Source: Patescibacteria group bacterium (GTDB taxonomy: Bacteria; Patescibacteriota; JAQUNI01). Taken from it: a stretch of DNA of 64,000 nt. The notes below the pieces were generated by a model that was given only the letters and a program-made list of their open reading frames with translations, searched no databases and was not told where the DNA came from. A program made the position numbers and the translations under genes. The stretch is from assembly GCA_028717685.1 (NCBI GenBank), contig JAQUNI010000001.1, forward strand, positions 54,306 to 118,305, read 5' to 3'. Positions within the stretch are counted from its first letter, which is position 1; every line of letters starts with the position of its first letter. Below are positions 18,182-26,947 of this stretch, piece by piece.

Positions 18182-19933
18182 ATGAAATGGCTCACTAAAT
18201 TTGCTCCTCCTCTTCTGATCACTATAATAGTTTTGGTTTCCTTTTTTTCGGTCCAAAAAGATTCCGCGATTATGGATGAGGTCGCCCATATCCCTGCTGG
18301 CTATTCCTACCTGAAATTTGGAGACTACCGCTTAAATCCCGAGCATCCCCCTTTAGCGAAAATGCTGTCCGCTCTTCCTCTCCTTTTCTTGCACCTCCAA
18401 TTCCCCTTAAACCATCCCACTTGGACAACCGACGTGAATGGTCAATGGGAAGCGGGATATCAGTTTTTATACCACCTTGGCAATGACGCGGATCAAATAC
18501 TCTTTTGGTCGCGCCTGCCGATTATCGCTCTTTTAATCTTGCTGGGGATCTATGTCTGGAAATGGGCAAAAGAGCTCCTGGGGGCAAAATGGGCGCTGGC
18601 GGTTCTGTTTTTGTATGCTTTCTCTCCCACGATTATTGCCCATAGCCACTATGTGACCACTGATTTAGCCGCAACATGTTTTATCTTTATCGCCTTTTAT
18701 TATTTTGTTCATTATTTAAAAAAACCGAGCCTTAAGAATACTCTTTTGGCTGGTCTTGCTCTGGGCTTAGCCGAGGTCGCTAAATTTTCGGCGGTTCTTC
18801 TTTTCCCGTGTTTTGTTCTCCTTGCCCTTATTCCCCTCCTTTTAAACAGGTCTCCCCAAACTTCTTGGCTCAAGCAAACAAAAAACCATATCGGCAAATT
18901 TATCCTCATTTGTTTGATCGCGCTCGGAGTAATCCTTATTGTCTATCAACCCGCGGTCTGGGCTTTCAATTTAGAAAAACAACAAGAATTAATCCGCGGT
19001 TCTATCGGACCGGAAAAAATTGAAAATATTGTGCTCGCTATAAGTAAAATCCCAGGAGCGCAAGGTTTTGCCCAATATATCTTGGGCGTTGTGATGGTCT
19101 TTGCCCGCGTGGGAGGCGGCAACACCAATTACTTCTTGGGTCAGGTTTCTAATCAAGGGTGGTGGTATTATTTCCCAACCTGTTTTTTTCTAAAAGAAAC
19201 AATTTCGGTCTTAATCTTAACAGGATTAGCTTTGCTTTTTGTGATTCGCAAATTTGTCATCAATCTCGTAAAAGACCGTCCGCGCAAATGGCTTCCTTGG
19301 TTTAGGGAATACGCGCTTTGTCATCTGGCGGAAATCTCAATGGTAGTTTTTATCATTGTTTATGGGGTAGTCAGCATGAGAGGCAAACTGAACTTAGGCG
19401 TCCGCCACATTATGGTCCTTTTCCCCTTTATCTATATTTTAATCATTAAAGAATTCAAACGGCGTATAGCAGAAACTGCCTATAAAAAACTTTTCACAGG
19501 AATATTGATTGTTCTCCTTGTTTGGGTTGGCGTGGAAGTCACGATAAATTATCCTTCGTACCTTGCTTATTATAACGAGCTTGGTGGCGGTCCGAAGAAT
19601 GGCTATAAATTGATCACAGATTCCAATCTGGACTGGGGGCAGGATTTAAGACGTATGGCGGAATGGGTGAACGCCAATCCTGAAATCTCAAAAATTAAAG
19701 TAGATTATTTTGGCGGCGGAGTGCCCTCTTATTATCTTGGCGATAAATATCAAGAATGGCATTCGCAAAATGGACCAACAACGGGTTGGATTGCTGTCAG
19801 CGCAAATTATTTTTCTGAAAGTATTTATCGCAAAGATTCCACCTTTGCCACCTCTTACTATTATCTAGAATTAAAAAAGCCCGAAAAAATCTTCGGGCAT
19901 TCCATATTTGTGTATTATATACCGGAGGAATAA
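18182..19933 (+). CDS. GT39-family phospholipid-carrier-dependent glycosyltransferase
   Basis: 583 aa, multi-TM. DEVAHIPAGYSYL ... NPEHPPLAKML is typical of the PMT_2 / GT39 family. Confidence 0.75.
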   Translation: MKWLTKFAPPLLITIIVLVSFFSVQKDSAIMDEVAHIPAGYSYLKFGDYRLNPEHPPLAKMLSALPLLFLHLQFPLNHPTWTTDVNGQWEAGYQFLYHLGNDADQILFWSRLPIIALLILLGIYVWKWAKELLGAKWALAVLFLYAFSPTIIAHSHYVTTDLAATCFIFIAFYYFVHYLKKPSLKNTLLAGLALGLAEVAKFSAVLLFPCFVLLALIPLLLNRSPQTSWLKQTKNHIGKFILICLIALGVILIVYQPAVWAFNLEKQQELIRGSIGPEKIENIVLAISKIPGAQGFAQYILGVVMVFARVGGGNTNYFLGQVSNQGWWYYFPTCFFLKETISVLILTGLALLFVIRKFVINLVKDRPRKWLPWFREYALCHLAEISMVVFIIVYGVVSMRGKLNLGVRHIMVLFPFIYILIIKEFKRRIAETAYKKLFTGILIVLLVWVGVEVTINYPSYLAYYNELGGGPKNGYKLITDSNLDWGQDLRRMAEWVNANPEISKIKVDYFGGGVPSYYLGDKYQEWHSQNGPTTGWIAVSANYFSESIYRKDSTFATSYYYLELKKPEKIFGHSIFVYYIPEE

Positions 19934-20085
19934 ATTTCTAATTTTCAATTTCTAATTTCTATTAAATTTTTAATTTTAAAATTTTCAAACACCATTAGAA
20001 ATGAAAAATTTCTAGACGGGATAAACCTTTTAAAAATTAATTCATTAGAAATTTAATAAAAATTGAAAATTAGAAATTGAAAATT
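19932..20085. repeat. heptamer-array hairpin element, copy 2 (direct repeat of 18065-18176)
   Basis: It has the same arms as copy 1. Its loop carries about 50 extra nt, including a degenerate ttagaaat...atttctag palindrome (19991-20020). Confidence 0.75.
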
Positions 20086-21136
20086 ACTTATAATACACCA
20101 ATCCCTGCACCCTTAAATCAATATAGTATTTAATTTCTTTATTATTTTTCCCAATATCCTCTTTGAAAACTAAGGTTAAAGCTTCAAGTTGGTTTTGCAA
20201 GCTCTGTCTAGTGTCAAAAAATATTTGATAACCTTTGTCCGTTTTTATATACAAGTCGCGGGAATCAGAAATCGGCACAATGAATTCTTGGATTTTCAAA
20301 TCCGTCTTTAGAGATAACAAATCCCGCACTTGAAAAAGGAAACTTAAAAAAGAGGGGTCTAAAATCTGCTCGCGCGGTTCTACTTTTTTAAAAGACTGAT
20401 CATAAAGAACGGGTAATCCCTTTTCCCATACCGTTTCCTCGGGAATTTCCTCGCCGATTATTCCTTCCGCATCTAAAAAGTGATAAAGAATAGTGGGATT
20501 TTCGGGATAGGAGGTTGGAGTCAAGATGGCTTGTGACTCTTTATCTTTAACTTCCCCGATTTCCTCCCTACTCGTAGAATCACTGGCAAAAGCTTCAGGG
20601 GGTAAAAATAAATCCTGCGGCGCGCCATTTGCCCAAATCGCTTTCGGCTCCCTCTCGGTAATGATAATTTTTAAAACATCGGGGAATTCTTTTTTAATGT
20701 CTATTTTCTCAATCTGGGCAAAATGGGCATAGATTACGCTGCTTAAATGCTTTTTACCCGCAATAATCAAATTTTCTTTGGGAAAAATAAAGGCGCGTCC
20801 CTTTAAATTCTCGCGCGCCAAATTTTCCACATCTTCACCCTTGACATTAACATTGCCTACCACTACAATCTCCTTGATTTGCCAGAACGGAAAAAAGAAT
20901 AAAAAATAAACAAGCGAACCTAACGCAAGCAAAAAAAGGAAAAAGGCAATTTTCCGCTGCAAATGTCCCGAAGCCTCGCGGACGCGAAAACGAGGAGTCG
21001 CGAGATAAATCCTCGGGCTCGCTAAGGTCCGCTTTTTCCTAAAAAACCCGCGTTTCCACTCCACTTTCCTTTTGCGGGATTTTTGTTTATACGGGTTTAA
21101 GTATAATTTTTTGCGGCTGGGTTTATGAGAAAACAC
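20084..21136 (-). CDS. FtsQ/DivIB-like cell division protein (POTRA domain)
   Basis: 350 aa with a basic N-tail, a single TM, then the POTRA-like WQIKEIVVVGNVNV...LKIIITEREPKAIW. The ORF-track start is GTG. Confidence 0.65.
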   Translation of the reverse strand: MFSHKPSRKKLYLNPYKQKSRKRKVEWKRGFFRKKRTLASPRIYLATPRFRVREASGHLQRKIAFFLFLLALGSLVYFLFFFPFWQIKEIVVVGNVNVKGEDVENLARENLKGRAFIFPKENLIIAGKKHLSSVIYAHFAQIEKIDIKKEFPDVLKIIITEREPKAIWANGAPQDLFLPPEAFASDSTSREEIGEVKDKESQAILTPTSYPENPTILYHFLDAEGIIGEEIPEETVWEKGLPVLYDQSFKKVEPREQILDPSFLSFLFQVRDLLSLKTDLKIQEFIVPISDSRDLYIKTDKGYQIFFDTRQSLQNQLEALTLVFKEDIGKNNKEIKYYIDLRVQGLVYYK

Positions 21137-21166
21137 TTGACAAAATACTAATGTTTATTATATAAT
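21137..21166 (+). promoter_or_regulatory. near-consensus sigma70 promoter
   Basis: TTGACA (21137-21142), an 18-nt spacer, then TATAAT (21161-21166). It lies 90 nt upstream of ORF 21257. Confidence 0.7.
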
Positions 21167-21256
21167 ATTAACTCGCTCTTTGATGGTACATTCTATATCT
21201 ATATTTAGTTGTGCTTTGAATAGTTACAAAAAATTCTAATAATAAGGAGAGATGTT

Positions 21257-21751
21257 ATGTCTTTTAATAGCGATATATATGATAGTTTTAGGGATATAAC
21301 AACACCATATCAAGAGAAAAAAGTCGTAGCAGAAAAATTAGAAGGGATTATGCAAGAAATAGGAGAAATCTCTGCTAATTTGGTGCAACTCAACTCTGTG
21401 GAATTGTTAAAAGAGATTCTTTCCTTCCTTAAGCAAGATAGGCGAGGAGAAGCAGAGGAAGCCATTGGAAAAGCATGGCCAACTCTGGAACGTGAGTATT
21501 ATAGTCTCGCGGAAGGATCCTCTTCCATCCCTCCTGAAAAGAAAAAAAAATTCTGGAAAATAGCCTCTTTAATAGAAGAGGCTGAGGACGATTTTATAGC
21601 CCAAGGATTAGATACTAACGTGTCTTTTTCTTTGGGCGGGGATAGCCATATAAGAACCATTAAACAGGACATGTGGCTCCCTCCAGACAAAAGAACCTAT
21701 ACGGTTCTTTTGCAAGAATTAATGCAAGCTGTATCTCTTCCGCAACCCTAA
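21257..21751 (+). CDS. hypothetical protein
   Basis: 164 aa. Strong SD (taaggagag) upstream, and its stop codon lies in the loop of terminator 21740-21768. Confidence 0.6.
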   Translation: MSFNSDIYDSFRDITTPYQEKKVVAEKLEGIMQEIGEISANLVQLNSVELLKEILSFLKQDRRGEAEEAIGKAWPTLEREYYSLAEGSSSIPPEKKKKFWKIASLIEEAEDDFIAQGLDTNVSFSLGGDSHIRTIKQDMWLPPDKRTYTVLLQELMQAVSLPQP

Positions 21752-21768
21752 AAGTTGCGGATTTTTTT
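21740..21768 (+). terminator. Rho-independent terminator
   Basis: Stem ccgcaac / gttgcgg with loop cctaaaa, followed by a then seven T. Confidence 0.8.
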
Positions 21769-21861
21769 ATAAGAATTGAAATATGATTTTTCACGATGCG
21801 ATTTCCCAAACACTTGCTCTGTGATTAATCTTCTGCTTTAATATAAACAGGTTTGTTCCTA

Positions 21862-21880
21862 AATGCACCCTTAATGCACC
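21862..21880 (+). promoter_or_regulatory. direct repeat aatgcacc x2, 11-bp spacing (operator-like)
   Basis: aatgcacc occurs at 21862-21869 and 21873-21880, ending 13 nt before the SD aggagg of ORF 21905. Confidence 0.35.
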
Positions 21881-21904
21881 TTGAATATCTTCAGGAGGTG
21901 AAAA

Positions 21905-22165
21905 ATGGCGGAAGGTTTAAATATAAAACTAAGCCCTGTCCAAAGCTTAACAGCAAGAATAATCGCTGGAAAAGAAAATATGACAGGAGAAGAAATAATA
22001 ACTGTCGCCCTAAACCTATATGAAACCGTACAGGGTGAGCTAGACTCATCACCTGACCGAGTAACCTTAGCGTTGGTGAAAAACGATGGAGAAATTTACA
22101 AGGAAATAATTCTCCCTAACCATATTCCTATACTACCCGCCCACACCGATATAATTTCAATATAA
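21905..22165 (+). CDS. hypothetical small protein (paralog of 22194-22469)
   Basis: 86 aa with SD caggagg upstream. It shares the pattern AL.....EL.S......LALV......I.KEI.LP with the next ORF. Confidence 0.55.
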   Translation: MAEGLNIKLSPVQSLTARIIAGKENMTGEEIITVALNLYETVQGELDSSPDRVTLALVKNDGEIYKEIILPNHIPILPAHTDIISI

Positions 22166-22193
22166 AAACCATCATCTTAAGGGAGGTTTAACA

Positions 22194-22469
22194 ATGTCAG
22201 AGTTGAGTATCACATTTAGTAAGAACTGGAGTGCCGAGATAACAAGAATGGCTGAAAAAAGGGGAATAGAACCAAAAAACTTGATTTTAGACGCGCTGAC
22301 TGTATTATCAGCCTTAGAAGAAGAACTAGCTTCTGGAGAGGGAAAACAAGGTTTAGCTTTAGTAAGCCCCCGTTTCCGAATCAGAAAAGAAATAGTGCTT
22401 CCCCGTTATTCCTCTAAACTATTAACAAAGAATGCGCTCACAATAGAGCCCACACTCGCCGTAGACTAA
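22194..22469 (+). CDS. hypothetical small protein, possibly ribbon-helix-helix-like
   Basis: 91 aa with SD agggagg upstream. The N-terminus ITFSKNWSAEITRMAEKRGIEPKNLILDALTVL has a strand-helix-helix look, by pattern only. Confidence 0.55.
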   Translation: MSELSITFSKNWSAEITRMAEKRGIEPKNLILDALTVLSALEEELASGEGKQGLALVSPRFRIRKEIVLPRYSSKLLTKNALTIEPTLAVD

Positions 22470-22485
22470 AAGCTACGGTTTTTTT
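22459..22485 (+). terminator. Rho-independent terminator
   Basis: Stem ccgtag / ctacgg with loop actaaaag containing the stop codon, followed by seven T. Confidence 0.8.
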
Positions 22486-22492
22486 ATTCTAC

Positions 22493-22639
22493 TAGACCCT
22501 TCTCCGCCTCCCGCTTCCCAAGGGGAGAGGAGTTATTATCCCCTCCTTTCCAAGGAGGGGCTAGGGGAGGTTCTGAGTCAGAACCCCACCCATCCTCCCC
22601 TTGGAAAGGGGAGGTGGGGGGAGAAAGGAAGGGGTCTTT
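22493..22639. repeat. C-tract/G-tract nested-hairpin element
   Basis: It is bounded by tagacccttc ... gaaggggtct. Internal stems are cccctcc/ggagggg, ggttctga g tcagaacc (22569-22585) and cctcccc/ggggagg. It abuts the serS stop codon. Confidence 0.7.
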
Positions 22640-23926
22640 CTACCTCTTAATCTCTTTGAACCCACAATACTTCTGCAAAATCTTGGGCACTTCAATGGAA
22701 CCGTCTTTGCGCTGGTAATTTTCCATAATCGCAATTAAAACCCTACCAATCGCAATAGCAGTAGAGTTGATAGTATGGACAAATTTTTTATTCCCTTTCT
22801 CGTCTTTATATTTGATATTCAGACGGCGCGCTTGGAAATCCGTGTCGTGACTCGCCGAAACTACCTCGCGATAACAACTCTCTGACGGCAGCCAAGCTTC
22901 TAAGTCAATTTTTTTAGCATTAGGCGCGCCCAGATCGCCGGTTGCGATATTCACGGCTTGATAATGAATTCCCAAGCCCTGCCAAATTTCTTCCACGATT
23001 TTAACAATCATTTCGTAAACTTGCCACGAATCTTCTTGCGTAGCGAACGCGAACATTTCCAGTTTATCAAATTGATGCCCCCGCAAAATTCCTTTTAAAT
23101 CCTTACCATAAGCGCCAGCCTCCCGCCGAAAGCAAGACGAAAAACCCATATAAAGTTTTGGTTTCCCGGGGGCTAGCCCCAAAATCTCGTCCATATGGTA
23201 CGCTGCAAGCACAACCTCGGCAGTGCCAATTAAATATAATTTTTCTTTTTCATCACCCGTGAGCTCATAAATCTCATTTTTATCCGCGGGGAAGAAGCCT
23301 GTGCCATACATCGCGGCTTCGCGCACGAGCATAGGCGGCAGGATCGGAGTAAAACCTTTTTTAATTAAAATATCTAAGACATATTGTATAAGAGCAAATT
23401 CCAGGCTCACAAGCTCGTTTTTTAGATACCAAAAACGGGCGCCTGAAACCTGCGCGCCTTTTTTAATATCTATTAAATCCAAAGCCTCTCCCAATTCATA
23501 ATGGGATTTGGGTTTAAAATCAAATTTTGATGGCTCTCCCCATTGATGATCCACCGCGTTGCCAGAAGCATCCGACGCCACTGACACAGAATGATCCGAA
23601 AGATTGGGAAATTGATCTAATAAAATTTTGATCTCCGCTTCTTTCTTCTCCAATTCCTCCCTTAAAACCTGCAATTGCTCCTTGTTCTTTTTCATTCCCA
23701 TAATCATCTTGGCTTTTTCCTCCTCGCCCTGCGTCTGCACAACCTTTGCTGAAAATTCGTTCTTGACTTGTTCCAACTCATTTTTCTTTTGAATTAATGC
23801 CCGCCGTTTTTTATCCCAATCTAAAAATTCATCCACTTTTCCTGATGGCATTGCCTTTAAATGGCGATTTTTTAATTCTTGGCGCCAGAGGTCTGGCTGT
23901 TCGCGCAATAATTTTATGTCAATCAT
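22640..23926 (-). CDS. serS: serine--tRNA ligase
   Basis: 428 aa. N-terminal coiled-coil arm and class II motifs CFRREAG and NSTAIAIGRVLIAIMEN. Confidence 0.95.
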   Translation of the reverse strand: MIDIKLLREQPDLWRQELKNRHLKAMPSGKVDEFLDWDKKRRALIQKKNELEQVKNEFSAKVVQTQGEEEKAKMIMGMKKNKEQLQVLREELEKKEAEIKILLDQFPNLSDHSVSVASDASGNAVDHQWGEPSKFDFKPKSHYELGEALDLIDIKKGAQVSGARFWYLKNELVSLEFALIQYVLDILIKKGFTPILPPMLVREAAMYGTGFFPADKNEIYELTGDEKEKLYLIGTAEVVLAAYHMDEILGLAPGKPKLYMGFSSCFRREAGAYGKDLKGILRGHQFDKLEMFAFATQEDSWQVYEMIVKIVEEIWQGLGIHYQAVNIATGDLGAPNAKKIDLEAWLPSESCYREVVSASHDTDFQARRLNIKYKDEKGNKKFVHTINSTAIAIGRVLIAIMENYQRKDGSIEVPKILQKYCGFKEIKR

Positions 23927-23950
23927 AATTTTATCTTTATAACGTGAATA

Positions 23951-26068
23951 TTAAAGTCCTAAATTTTGAGATATATCTTGCATCGCCCGGAGGCCGATTT
24001 TCACAAACTCTTCTAAAGATAAACCAAAGGATTCACAAGAAGTAATTACTTCTCGCCGCGCGCCTTGGGCGAAGGATTTTTCTTTAAATCTCTTTAAGAT
24101 AGACTGCATTGATAAATCAGATAATTTTTTTGATGGCAAAACCAAGGTGGCAGCCACAATCAAACCAGTCAAAGGATCCACAGCGTAAATCGCTTTTTCC
24201 ATCAAGGTTTTGCGAGGCGCGCCGCATTGATCATTATGCGCCTTAATGCCAACCAAAATTACGGGATGCACTCCTTCCTGCTCTAAAATCCCTACGGTGG
24301 TCGGACCGTGTTTTTCCGGCGCTTCGCGATAATCAAACATTTCCATATCTAAGTCGTGCAGAAGACCAGTAAGCCCCCAGACTTCCTTATTCTTTTGAAA
24401 ATGCTTGGCAAGAGCAGCCATTATCGCTTCCGTTGCCAACATATGTTTGCGCGAATTTTCATTCTTCACATATTGGCAAACCAAATCCCAAGCTTTGGCG
24501 CGCGTAATCCCTAGGTTCTCTGCCTCTTCGTTTTGAGCGGGCGCTTTTGTCGCTGGACAGACCTTTTGCGTATTTAATGGTTTCATTAAAGGAAAAAATA
24601 CTGCCTCACGGATGCTCGGAGCGTTGGTTAAAAACATTACCAGACGATCAATACCCATGCCCCAACCCGCGATCGGCGGCATTCCGTATTCCATTGCCCG
24701 CACATAATCTTCATCCATCATATGCGCCTCCGCGTCTCCCGCTTCCCGCATTTCAACCTGTTCTTCAAAACGCCTACGCTGCTCCAGAGGGTCAACTAAC
24801 TCAGAATAAGCATTGACTAATTCCTGCCCTAAAACCACTAACTGAAAACGATCCACAATCTTTGGATTCTGGTCATTCCTGCGCGCCAAGGGCGATAATT
24901 CAATGGGATGACCAGTTAGAAAAAGGGGACCTTTAATTTTCGGCCGCGAAACCTTTTTGTATAATTGATCTACTAAACCCCCAAAGCCTAATTTGCCAAA
25001 GCCTTCAATTTCAATTTTTTTCTTCCGCATTTCCTTTCTAAGTTTCTCCGCGGTATCAGCCTTGTTAATATCAATACCGCAATCTTCCAAAATCAAGCTT
25101 CCAAAATTTTTTCTCTGCCAAGGAGGAGTAAAATCTATTTTCTGACCTTGATAGTCAATCTGCAAGCTCCCAAAAACGCGGTTTAAGAGATAAACCAACA
25201 TTTCTTCAGTTTGCGCCATTAAAAATTCATAATTTTTGTAAGCCCAATAAAATTCCAGCATCGTAAAATCTTGAAGATGGGCGGTGTCCATTCCTTCATT
25301 GCGAAAAACCCGCGCCATCTCAAAAACCTTTTCCAAACCGCCTACAATTAAGCGCTTCAAATATGTTTCCGGCGCAATCCTTAAATACAAGGGAATTTGC
25401 AGGGCTTCGTGCTCTGTAATGAAAGGACGCGCGAGCGCGCCCGAAGCCTTGGTTTGAAGCACTGGCGTCTCCACCTCCAAAAAACCCCTCTCCGTCAGAA
25501 AATCACGCAGGGCATCGCAGATCTCCGCGCGCTTTTTGAAACGCTCACGCACTTCCGGATGAACAAGCAGATCCAAATAACGTTCCCGAAATCTAATCTC
25601 TTGATTAGAGAGACCTTTCCATTTTTCCGGCAAAGGACGGATGGATTTAGCGAGAATTTTATAATCGGAAACGAGGAGGGTTCTTTCCCCTTTCCGAGTG
25701 ACAAATACGGTTCCTTGGAGTTCAATAAAGTCGCCAATGTCAAAATTTTTAAAAAATTTGTATTTCTCCGGACCTGAAATGTCTTTTTTGAGATAAGCTT
25801 GGATTCTGCCGCTTTCATCATCAATATGGATGAAGGTAGAGCCGCCGTGTTCGCGAATGTTGCGTATGCGCCCCGCGACCACAATCTCGCCTTTTTCTTT
25901 TTCTATGGCTTCAAAATCATCCAATATTTTTTTGACTGTATGCGTCCGACGCGAAGAATCAGGGTAAGGATTGATTTCGGCTTTTAAAATTTTATTCAAT
26001 TTTTCTTTGCGATTTTGGATTAAATCTTTAAGCATATATTTTATTATACCTTGAGTTACGAAATTCAT
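23951..26068 (-). CDS. lysS: lysine--tRNA ligase (class II) fused to a C-terminal HD-domain hydrolase
   Basis: 705 aa. OB fold plus class II core (FRNEGMDTAHLQDFTMLE, GWGMGIDRLVM), then about 190 extra residues with H...HD...D (HMLATEA, LLHDLD, HND). The true start may be Met12 (26035). Confidence 0.9.
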   Translation of the reverse strand: MNFVTQGIIKYMLKDLIQNRKEKLNKILKAEINPYPDSSRRTHTVKKILDDFEAIEKEKGEIVVAGRIRNIREHGGSTFIHIDDESGRIQAYLKKDISGPEKYKFFKNFDIGDFIELQGTVFVTRKGERTLLVSDYKILAKSIRPLPEKWKGLSNQEIRFRERYLDLLVHPEVRERFKKRAEICDALRDFLTERGFLEVETPVLQTKASGALARPFITEHEALQIPLYLRIAPETYLKRLIVGGLEKVFEMARVFRNEGMDTAHLQDFTMLEFYWAYKNYEFLMAQTEEMLVYLLNRVFGSLQIDYQGQKIDFTPPWQRKNFGSLILEDCGIDINKADTAEKLRKEMRKKKIEIEGFGKLGFGGLVDQLYKKVSRPKIKGPLFLTGHPIELSPLARRNDQNPKIVDRFQLVVLGQELVNAYSELVDPLEQRRRFEEQVEMREAGDAEAHMMDEDYVRAMEYGMPPIAGWGMGIDRLVMFLTNAPSIREAVFFPLMKPLNTQKVCPATKAPAQNEEAENLGITRAKAWDLVCQYVKNENSRKHMLATEAIMAALAKHFQKNKEVWGLTGLLHDLDMEMFDYREAPEKHGPTTVGILEQEGVHPVILVGIKAHNDQCGAPRKTLMEKAIYAVDPLTGLIVAATLVLPSKKLSDLSMQSILKRFKEKSFAQGARREVITSCESFGLSLEEFVKIGLRAMQDISQNLGL

Positions 26069-26134
26069 TTTGTTATTGTGGGAGATTTTTCCTCCTCTTG
26101 ACCTGCGGGAGACAGGGAGGGGTCTAATAAATGA

Positions 26135-26209
26135 CTATTCTCCCTCCCCCTCCGCCTCCCCCTCGGGCAGGGGGAGTGTAATCAAGCTCCTCGTTAATAG
26201 ATGACATAT
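26135..26209. repeat. C-tract/G-tract hairpin repeat, copy B (see 5890-5964)
   Basis: About 88% identical by eye to 5890-5964 over 75 nt. It lies in the region upstream of lysS, on the opposite strand relative to the gene. Confidence 0.8.
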
Positions 26210-26259
26210 TCCGCAATTCAAGGTCTTTAATATATTATACCAAAAACCGTAAATTTTAC

Positions 26260-26294
26260 CAAACAAAAACAGAGACGCAAAATTTCACGTCTCT
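26260..26294 (-). terminator. Rho-independent terminator after greA (AGAGACG family)
   Basis: The minus strand reads agagacg tgaaattttg cgtctct gtttttgttt. That is a 7-bp stem with a U-rich tail, 29 nt after the greA stop. Confidence 0.65.
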
Positions 26295-26322
26295 ACGCAT
26301 AAAATATTTATCATCCCTCTCC

Positions 26323-26781
26323 TTAAGATATTTCCAAAATTTTGTATTCTATCTTACCACCCGGGGTCTCCACCTCTACTGTATCTCCTTTTTTCTTACC
26401 AAGAAGCGCCTGACCAATCGGGCTTTCATTAGAAATCTTCCCCAATGGAGGGTCAGCCTCGTTGGAGCCGACAATAGTAAATTCCTTCTCGCTGGCATTA
26501 TTTTTCACCTTCACACTGTTTCCCACTGCCACAATATTATGCTGACCATTTTTATCAATAATAACCGCATTTTTAATCGTATTTTCAATCTCTATGATCT
26601 TTCCTTCATTAAAAGCCTGTTCATCCTTTGCGTCTTGGTATTCCGCGTTTTCAGAAAGATCGCCCAGTTCCTTGGCTACTTTAATCCGATTGGCAATTTC
26701 TCTTCTCTTGACTGTCTTGATAAACTCCAATTTTTCTTTTAATTTTTTAAGCCCTTCGGCAGTAATATATTTCTTTGTCAT
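26323..26781 (-). CDS. greA: transcription elongation factor GreA
   Basis: The start is taken at internal Met12 of ORF 26323-26814, giving MTKKYITAEGLKKLKEKLEF. DLSENAEYQDAK and the C-terminal FKBP-like domain fit GreA. Confidence 0.9.
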   Translation of the reverse strand: MTKKYITAEGLKKLKEKLEFIKTVKRREIANRIKVAKELGDLSENAEYQDAKDEQAFNEGKIIEIENTIKNAVIIDKNGQHNIVAVGNSVKVKNNASEKEFTIVGSNEADPPLGKISNESPIGQALLGKKKGDTVEVETPGGKIEYKILEIS

Positions 26782-26947
26782 ATTTTGTAAGTTTTTTAAA
26801 ATGCGCTTACGCACTATATAAGCACATTTCTAGAGTTTTCTATTTAATTTAATATCACCATCATAATCCAAGGAAAAGGTGATGTCAAGAGGATAAATCA
26901 AATGCAAACTTTAAAAATCAAGATGCCTGCCTAAGCTGTTACTTAAG

